DNA of 63,102 nt, filler included, from a bacterium (GTDB lineage Bacteria; UBP15; UBA6099; JAJRTR01), in assembly GCA_024278215.1 (NCBI GenBank). It is 4 parts of 4 records of this genome, joined end to end, with 100 filler letters (N's around TTAATTAATTAA, not from the genome) between each part and the next. Parts side by side here need not be neighbours in the genome. Positions count along the whole stretch, not along the records: positions 59,798 to 63,102 come from JAJRTR010000005.1; 3 more parts are not named here. One strand, 5' to 3'. The translations under genes were made by a program, and so were the position numbers. Below, piece by piece: positions 60,780-63,102 of this stretch. Below the pieces are notes generated by a model. It did no database searches and was not told where the DNA came from. It saw only the letters and a list, made by a program, of their open reading frames with translations. Position 1 is the first letter of the stretch, and every line of letters starts with the position of its first letter.

Positions 60780-62066
60780 ATGGATATAAAACTGACACCG
60801 GACAACGTAATATTTTTAATGCTTTCGTTCGAAGGCCCCGACCCGTACTCGCAGGCGGGCGGGCTGGGCACACGCGTGCATAACCTCTGTGAGACACTGG
60901 GCGGCATGGGTTTCGAGACACACCTGTTTTTCATCGGCGACCCGGAAATGCCGCCCGTCGAAACACTTGCAGATGGTAAATACATCATGCACAGATGGTG
61001 CCAGTGGATAAGTGCACACCACCCGAACGGCGTGTACGACGGCGAGGACGGCAAAGTCAACGACTACAGGTACAGTGTGCCGAAATATATTTTCGAGAAC
61101 ATTGCGGAAAAAGCCGCGGCGGAGAACAAAACACTCGTCGTGATGGCCGAAGAGTGGCACACCGCCGAAGCGCTCTGCAACACAAGCGACCTGCTGCATT
61201 ATCACGGCCTGCGCGACAACACCGTTCTGCTCTGGAACGCCAACAACACCATGTCCTTCGAGAAAATCGACTTTGGGCGACTCACGTTTTGCAGTACTAT
61301 CACTGCCGTAAGCAAGTTCATGAAACAAATCATGGCCGGGTACGGCATGAACGCGATTGTCATCCCCAACGGTATCCCCGAGCGGATGTTGGCACCGCAC
61401 GACAGGCACCTGGTCGAACAGACGAGAGCGGCTTTGTCCATGCACGAAAGCGACCTTCACGTGCTCAAGATCGGCAGGTTCGATCCCGCGAAACGCTGGA
61501 TGATGGCTGTCGAGGCGACAGCGCGGCTGAAAGCGGAAAAAGTAAAGTCGACTTTTCTCATACGCGGCGGCATGGAGCCGCACGGCACCGACGTGCTCGC
61601 CCGTGCCGCCATGCTCGGCCTCAGCATCACAGACGTAACGTCCGGGAGCAAACGCCCCACTGTCGAAGAATCCATCGAGCTGATTGCAAACGCGCGGAAA
61701 GCCGACATACTCAATCTGAAGTTCTTTATCCCCGAAGAACTCGTCAGGCTGCTCTATCACACATGCGATTGTGTGCTTGCCAACAGCGGCTTCGAGCCGT
61801 TCGGGCTCGTGGGCCTCGAGGTCATGGCCTCGGGCGGCATCGCGTTTACAGGCGCCACAGGCGAAGACTATGTAAATCCATTCGTCAACGCCGTAACCGT
61901 CGAAACAAACGACCCAAACGAGATTGTCAGTTACCTGAGCTATCTGAACAGGAACCCGGACGCCATTGTCGGGATAAAACGTGCGGCATTCAAAACAGCT
62001 TCCGCGTTCACATGGCCCATCGTGATCAACAATCTGCTGCGGCGTATCGAGTTCCTCAGGCTGTAG
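60780..62066 (+). CDS. GT4 / glycogen synthase-like glycosyltransferase
   Basis: SFEGPD.YSQAGGLG, EEWH, EPFGLVGLEVMA. Confidence 0.85.
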   Translation: MDIKLTPDNVIFLMLSFEGPDPYSQAGGLGTRVHNLCETLGGMGFETHLFFIGDPEMPPVETLADGKYIMHRWCQWISAHHPNGVYDGEDGKVNDYRYSVPKYIFENIAEKAAAENKTLVVMAEEWHTAEALCNTSDLLHYHGLRDNTVLLWNANNTMSFEKIDFGRLTFCSTITAVSKFMKQIMAGYGMNAIVIPNGIPERMLAPHDRHLVEQTRAALSMHESDLHVLKIGRFDPAKRWMMAVEATARLKAEKVKSTFLIRGGMEPHGTDVLARAAMLGLSITDVTSGSKRPTVEESIELIANARKADILNLKFFIPEELVRLLYHTCDCVLANSGFEPFGLVGLEVMASGGIAFTGATGEDYVNPFVNAVTVETNDPNEIVSYLSYLNRNPDAIVGIKRAAFKTASAFTWPIVINNLLRRIEFLRL

Positions 62067-62290
62067 TCCTCGCACGTCAACGCAAATTTGACACGACACT
62101 ATCATCGTAACTGTTGTCGCACTGCGAACAGTTACTGTATTCCATATCCGGATTTTTATAAGCCGGCTTCCACTTGTTTTCCGGCGGTTCATGGAACTTT
62201 ATCGGTGTTCGGATCGTTTATAAAAGCACAGCGACAATTGCTGAAAGATGAAAGCAAGGCCGGAGTTTTTCGGTATTGCCTCCAATCTGA

Positions 62291-62321
62291 TTAACCCGCA
62301 TATTTCACCAATGCGCGTTAA
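62291..62321. repeat. REP-like family R copy
   Basis: TTAACCCGCATATTTCACCAATGCGCGTTAA. Confidence 0.85.
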
Positions 62322-62339
62322 GAACAGGAAGGTGACATA

Positions 62340-62672
62340 ATGGCAGAAGATAAAAACCCGACATTATCACAGGCGGCGAATCTTGCAGAACTTGTAAGCT
62401 ACCAGGAAGGGTCCGTAGTAAGTCGTGAGGTCATAAAAAGAAGCGCGGGAACCGTAACTGTGTTTGCGTTTGATGCGGGACAGGGGCTGAGCGAACACAC
62501 AGCGCCTTTCGATGCAATGGTCTATATTCTCGATGGTGAAGCGGAGATAACAATAGACAAAAAAAGCTTGAAGGTGAAAGCGGGCGAAGCGATTACGATG
62601 CCTGCGAATGTGCCGCACGCGCTGCATGCCGCCGTTCAATTCAAAATGGCGCTCATCATGATTAAGAATTGA
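62340..62672 (+). CDS. Cupin domain protein
   Basis: FAFDAGQGLSEHTAP and MPANVPHAL. Confidence 0.9.
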   Translation: MAEDKNPTLSQAANLAELVSYQEGSVVSREVIKRSAGTVTVFAFDAGQGLSEHTAPFDAMVYILDGEAEITIDKKSLKVKAGEAITMPANVPHALHAAVQFKMALIMIKN

Positions 62673-62779
62673 TTGCACTGTGCAACAGCGATGATAACAT
62701 TAAGGTGAAATCCGGCACTTTCAGTTTCGGCACTCCCGGCGCCACTTTTGAGAACGGTCGCGCGAACGGATACAAAAAA

Positions 62780-63102
62780 TTAGTGCTTCGGGCTTAAAAC
62801 CAGCACGCCGCTGTTTTTCTTTTCAAGTTTCGCCATATCCATAGTCATGGGTATCAATTCGCCGCGCCGCCACTTCGCGTTCTGGTCGAAATAGTGTTTT
62901 GATTCAGGGTGTCCGGACTGGCCGGTGTCGAGGATCATCCCCGCGCCGCCGATGTCGCCCATGTCGACAACATGTCTGAAGGCGGGTCCGCTGCTTACCA
63001 TAAAATTGTCGCCGCCAAAAGAATAGTTGGCGGCGAAGACGGTTGTGCGTGCACCGCTGCCTTTAATATTGTGAGCGGGAAAAACTATCTCGACTGGCTT
63101 CC
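62780..63102 (-). CDS. Penicillin acylase family protein, C-terminal part
   Basis: GPAFRHVVDM...GQSGHPESKHYFDQ..KW; frame is open to the window edge. Confidence 0.85.
   Translation of the reverse strand, partial: KPVEIVFPAHNIKGSGARTTVFAANYSFGGDNFMVSSGPAFRHVVDMGDIGGAGMILDTGQSGHPESKHYFDQNAKWRRGELIPMTMDMAKLEKKNSGVLVLSPKH

Noticed and set aside
60816..62192. Long antisense or alternate-frame ORFs (also 39276-40337, 59742-60611, 52974-53918)
   Set aside because: Shadows of well-supported genes with biased codon usage; no recognisable motifs
5059..62321. Family R palindrome as a CRISPR repeat
   Set aside because: Dispersed single copies with no repeat-spacer array and no cas genes

Overview
Bacterial genomic DNA, probably a draft or metagenome assembly. 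It consists of four contigs (1-30939, 31040-54866, 54967-59697, 59798-63102) joined by artificial 100-nt N/TTAATTAATTAA spacers, so adjacency across spacers is meaningless. Housekeeping genes include nadD, an LCP protein, rsfS, guaA, hpt, an IMPase, nfi, two moeA genes and ahcY. Envelope and glycan genes include an SLBB exporter, GT4 glycosyltransferases, a UDP-glucuronate epimerase and a sulfatase-like protein. Other modules are an SLC5-histidine kinase/REC-REC/adenylate cyclase block divergent from a PaaK-like pair, DtxR plus a Fur-FeoA fusion, two divergent radical SAM genes (one with two radical SAM domains) and a tandem pair of HTH/coiled-coil proteins. Intergenic DNA is dense with small repeats: a ~180-bp MITE (5 copies), a ~30-bp palindrome (about 10 copies), a 25-bp hairpin found both free and nested in the MITE, a 92-bp IS4-type MITE with a 10-bp TSD, and a ~70-bp repeat that brackets an AT-rich cyclase gene. 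IS elements are one full-length IS481-like copy (6-bp TSD, frameshifted transposase), a partial IS1634 and several relics. I found no rRNA, tRNA or CRISPR array. All calls are by-eye motif recognition; no searches were run.
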